A stretch of 64,000 bases of DNA, taken from contig JAZKAU010000002.1 in assembly GCA_040388985.1 (NCBI GenBank), positions 311,642-375,641 of the forward strand, read 5' to 3'. This DNA is from Patescibacteria group bacterium. GTDB taxonomy: Bacteria; Patescibacteriota; Minisyncoccia; Phycocordibacterales; Phycocordibacteraceae. Each line of letters starts with the position of its first letter. Positions within the stretch are counted from its first letter, which is position 1. Position numbers and translations under genes: made by a program. Positions 60,411-64,000 of this stretch are shown here, in pieces. The notes beneath the pieces were generated by a model. That model was not told the origin of the DNA. It was given only the letters and a program-made list of their open reading frames with translations, and searched no databases.

Positions 60411-63400
60411 GTGGGACTCACTAAACCCTTTGACGAGATAGGCAAAGACGATGCCGAGACAGCGGGCGGTAAGGGGGCGTCTCTCGGGGAAATGACGCAG
60501 GCAGGCATTCCAGTGCCTCCGGGGTTCGTGGTGCTGGCAGATGCCTTCGAACGCTTCATCGAAGAGACGGGACTCGTTGTCGAGATAGATGCGATTCTGG
60601 ATACGGTTGACCATGCAGCGATGCACACGGTCGAGAACGCGTCCGAACAGATTCAGGGTCTCATCCTCGCGGCCGCGATGCCGAACGACCTGCGAACAGA
60701 GATCGAGGAATCATTTGCGCGGCTTGATACGGAATTCGTCGCCGTGCGTTCGAGCGCGACCGCTGAGGACGGCGCGACTGCCGCCTGGGCCGGGCAGCTC
60801 GATACTTATTTGAATACGACGCAGTCGACGCTGCTTGAGAATGTGCAGCGATGCTGGGCTTCGCTCTTTACGCCGCGGGCCATCTTCTATCGCTTTGAGA
60901 AGGGACTTGATACGCAGAAGATATCGGTAGCGGTAGTGGTGCAGAAGATGGTCAACAGCGATGCCGCAGGCATCGCGTTCTCCGTTCATCCAGTGACCGA
61001 AGATTACAACCAGATGATCATAGAAGCCGGCTTCGGGCTCGGCGAGGCGGTCGTATCCGGCCAGATAACTCCCGATAGCTATGTTGTAACCAAGGACAAG
61101 CGAGAAATAATCGAGAAGAGCATCAGCGAGCAAGCGCAGGGACTCTTCCGAAAGTCCGGCGGGGGGAACGAGTGGCGCGATATCCCTCAGAGTGAAGGCA
61201 GCAAGCAAGTGCTTTCGGACGAGCAGATATTAGCGCTTGGCGAGACCCTCATAGGCATCGAACGGCATTATGACTTCCCGGTGGATACCGAGTGGGCGGT
61301 GGAAGGGAAGGAAGTGTATATCGTCCAAAGCCGTCCGATCACGACGCTCTCAACGCAAGAAAGAGAACTGGACACGGATAGTGATGTGGTCCAGCTAATG
61401 AATAGGAGCGGATCTTCGGTTACTCACGTCGTCGACAACTATACCCTCACGTTTGAAAGTGGTGGCATAGGTACTCTCATGAGCGAGATCATCTGCGCAG
61501 GATACCTGCCCGCTGGCTCACTCATTATTTATAGGAACGGTACCTACGAGCAGTACTACTCGAACGCCGGACTCGAGGAAATGGGTCCTAAGGGAATCGA
61601 GTTCTTCAGCATGGAAGGATACGCAGAACAGCTCGTGAAGGACTTGAAGGCTCTAATTGCTTCCGCTACAGATGCGAAGAAAGATACTTTTCAACGCTCG
61701 GATATAGAGAATCTTTTTAAGACATTCACCGAGATTCATAGGAAATATAACGCTTTTGACTTTGGGTACACTGACGGCGCGTATTCGGTGATGGATAGTA
61801 ACGATGTGGTTCGTAAGAACGTGGAGCGCGTTGAAGAAGAGAAGAATGCTATCCGCGAAGAATACAACATACTCTTCTTCGACGAGAACGGCGCGCTTGC
61901 AATCCTCTTGAAGAATCTCTCAGAACGATTCTCCGTACCGGTCTCGAATCTACAATGGTATATAGCTTCAGAATTGTTTGACCTACTCACGAGCAAGAAA
62001 GTAGCCGAGGATGTATTGGAAGAAAGAAAGCGCGCATATGTCTTCAGGAAGGCGGGGGAATCCGAAGAATATACGTTCTTGTACGGGAAAGATGCAATTA
62101 ATTTCAGTTCCAAGTTCGGTCAGATAAAAGTCGTGGAGGATAAAAGCCAGGTTATCCGGGGAGTAGTAGCTAGCGGAGGCAACATTGTACGCGGGGTAGT
62201 CTTCAATCTCACTACTGACTACTCGAACGTCGATCAGTTGCGAGCGCAGATGGCTCTGATGAAGCAGGGAGAGATACTCGTGGCCCCGACTACCGCACCG
62301 GAACATATGGATGCGATTCGGAAGTCAGCGGCTATGGTCGTGGACGTAGGAGGCATGCTATCGCATACGGCGATCGTGGGCCGTGAACTGGGCATACCGA
62401 GTATCGTAGGAACACAGTACGGTAGCAAGGTGTTTAAGACGGGAGACGAGGTTGAGGTCGATGCAGATACGGGCACGGTCCGGCTGATAGGCCGCTCCAC
62501 CAAGGAAGTCACGCTCGTGAAGTTCTTCTCAAGGGATCACTCGCTTTTCTATACCTATGTCTGGCGCACGAGCAATACGCAGAGGGCAAAGAAGTGGGTC
62601 GGATTAAATATTGAAGAAGCCCTCTACGCACATCCGGCGGGAGGGGACGTGGTGGAAGTCTGGTATTCGGATAATGAACTCAAGCGGTATGACGCTGCTA
62701 TCGCGGCAAAGATACTGAGTGATACAGAGTGGTTCCAAGCGCTCGCAGCGTATTTTGAGACTGAGTGGCAGGGCATGTTGAGACTCATACAGAAGAAGGA
62801 AGTGCTTACACGCGAAGAGCTTTCGGAATTCTATGACCACTGGGTGAACTGGTGGGATCCGATGGCGTTTACGATGCAGATTCCGGAGATCGAAGGTGTT
62901 CCTCAAGATATCAAAGACCAGGCATTCAACCTGCGAGCAAGTACGCAGGAATACTCAGATAGCGGAGACGAGTTATTCCACGCGTATATGCAGCAGAATC
63001 ACCCGGAACTCTCGAAGTATTTCTCCGTAGTGACGCCAGAGGAGGTATTCAGCGATACCTTTCCTTCGCATGACGTTCTCGAGCAGCGTCTAGGGGGCTG
63101 GTATATGACCAGCAGTGATTTCGGTCTTATAGACGACCTGCCAAGAGCCCTCAAGGAACGGAACTTCGTACTTGAAAAGGTAGATACGACCGCCATTAAG
63201 GAACTTACCGGACAAGTCGCCTATAAAGGAATCGCGCGGGGCAGGGTGCGGGTGCTCAGTCGTCGCGATCAGGTGTCCGAAGTACAGGAAGGGGAAATTC
63301 TCGTCGCCACGATGACAACTCCGGATTTCTTCCCAGCACTCCAGAAGGCAGCAGCGTTCATTACCGATGAAGGAGGTATCACGTGCCACGCCGCTATCGT

Positions 63401-64000
63401 CGCCCGCGAGATGAAGAAGCCGTGCATCATCGGTACGAAGATCGCGACACAAGTATTGCAGGATGGAGATGAGGTGGAAGTCGATGCAGATACTGGCGTC
63501 GTTCGAATCCTTCAAAAGGAAGACCATCAGCCATACGTGTTCTTTTACGAGTCCCAAGGATACGCCTTCATTCTCGAAGACATGATCATGTCGTCCTATG
63601 TTTCTTGGCCCATGATAGTGCTTGGGGTCGGAACACGGGTACGCAAGTACGTTCCGGCCGGTACGCCCGAAGAGTTGAAGGTGCAGGGACTTACTCACTC
63701 GGCCGAAGATCTCGAGACGAGACTGGCTAGCATTCAGGAGATACTTGGCGAGCTTCGCAGCATCTCTCTTACAGTTGACATGTCAAAGGAAGAATGTCTG
63801 GAGGTATTTGCGAAGATGGAAGAGATTCTTGAACTCTATTCATATTTCGATACCGCGTACTGCGAAGGGCTATACTCGGATGACCTGCAAGATCCTCGCG
63901 CGTTAGTGGTAGAGCAGTCGAAGAACGTGATACGAGACGACCTCGATGGAACATTCTTCAGGGAGAATGGCGTCTTGGATATGTTGCTTACTGCCGTCGG
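60411..64000 (+). CDS. PEP synthase/rifampin phosphotransferase-like multi-module protein, 3'-truncated by window
   Basis: Manual translation is open to the window end: GGKGASLGEM, VAVRSSATAED, QSRPITT, then GGMLSHTAIVGRELG and GGITCHAAIVAREMK His domains; alternative start ATG 60375. Confidence 0.9.
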   Translation, partial: MGLTKPFDEIGKDDAETAGGKGASLGEMTQAGIPVPPGFVVLADAFERFIEETGLVVEIDAILDTVDHAAMHTVENASEQIQGLILAAAMPNDLRTEIEESFARLDTEFVAVRSSATAEDGATAAWAGQLDTYLNTTQSTLLENVQRCWASLFTPRAIFYRFEKGLDTQKISVAVVVQKMVNSDAAGIAFSVHPVTEDYNQMIIEAGFGLGEAVVSGQITPDSYVVTKDKREIIEKSISEQAQGLFRKSGGGNEWRDIPQSEGSKQVLSDEQILALGETLIGIERHYDFPVDTEWAVEGKEVYIVQSRPITTLSTQERELDTDSDVVQLMNRSGSSVTHVVDNYTLTFESGGIGTLMSEIICAGYLPAGSLIIYRNGTYEQYYSNAGLEEMGPKGIEFFSMEGYAEQLVKDLKALIASATDAKKDTFQRSDIENLFKTFTEIHRKYNAFDFGYTDGAYSVMDSNDVVRKNVERVEEEKNAIREEYNILFFDENGALAILLKNLSERFSVPVSNLQWYIASELFDLLTSKKVAEDVLEERKRAYVFRKAGESEEYTFLYGKDAINFSSKFGQIKVVEDKSQVIRGVVASGGNIVRGVVFNLTTDYSNVDQLRAQMALMKQGEILVAPTTAPEHMDAIRKSAAMVVDVGGMLSHTAIVGRELGIPSIVGTQYGSKVFKTGDEVEVDADTGTVRLIGRSTKEVTLVKFFSRDHSLFYTYVWRTSNTQRAKKWVGLNIEEALYAHPAGGDVVEVWYSDNELKRYDAAIAAKILSDTEWFQALAAYFETEWQGMLRLIQKKEVLTREELSEFYDHWVNWWDPMAFTMQIPEIEGVPQDIKDQAFNLRASTQEYSDSGDELFHAYMQQNHPELSKYFSVVTPEEVFSDTFPSHDVLEQRLGGWYMTSSDFGLIDDLPRALKERNFVLEKVDTTAIKELTGQVAYKGIARGRVRVLSRRDQVSEVQEGEILVATMTTPDFFPALQKAAAFITDEGGITCHAAIVAREMKKPCIIGTKIATQVLQDGDEVEVDADTGVVRILQKEDHQPYVFFYESQGYAFILEDMIMSSYVSWPMIVLGVGTRVRKYVPAGTPEELKVQGLTHSAEDLETRLASIQEILGELRSISLTVDMSKEECLEVFAKMEEILELYSYFDTAYCEGLYSDDLQDPRALVVEQSKNVIRDDLDGTFFRENGVLDMLLTAV

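Noticed and set aside
60327-63954. Many short minus-strand ORFs listed in the track
   Set aside because: All are antisense to the single long plus-strand phosphotransferase ORF

Overview
Bacterial chromosome segment that looks like Patescibacteria/CPR, probably Parcubacteria. This is an inference from the compact genes, the frequent TATACT -10 boxes 6-9 nt before start codons, a shortened RF2, and a free-standing LAGLIDADG gene abutting a tRNA. A small core block (tRNA-Thr x2, prfB, ftsE, ftsX, pyrG) sits among accessory genes. tRNA-Gln(CTG) heads a ~16.4 kb island bounded by a 27-bp direct repeat. The island carries heavy-metal/disulfide genes, a large serine recombinase, a ParB-methyltransferase/terS-like/terL module with no capsid genes, and a two-gene CBASS (CdnE-like plus Cap15-like). 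Smaller cassettes with related end motifs follow it. Most unusual signals: (1) two ~170-180 nt elements, one linked to tRNA-Met and one to tRNA-Gln, each holding a split antisense copy of its own tRNA's T-loop-to-3'-end with the same A-hairpin-GT interruption, followed by a direct repeat of the tRNA end; (2) an atypical tRNA-Cys(GCA) whose CCA overlaps the ATG of a PvcA/DIT1-like enzyme; (3) a cyclodipeptide synthase with Cys at the catalytic Ser position; (4) a >1190-aa PEP-synthase/rifampin-phosphotransferase-like protein with tandem acceptor plus phospho-His modules, which the ORF track omits because it runs off the window end.
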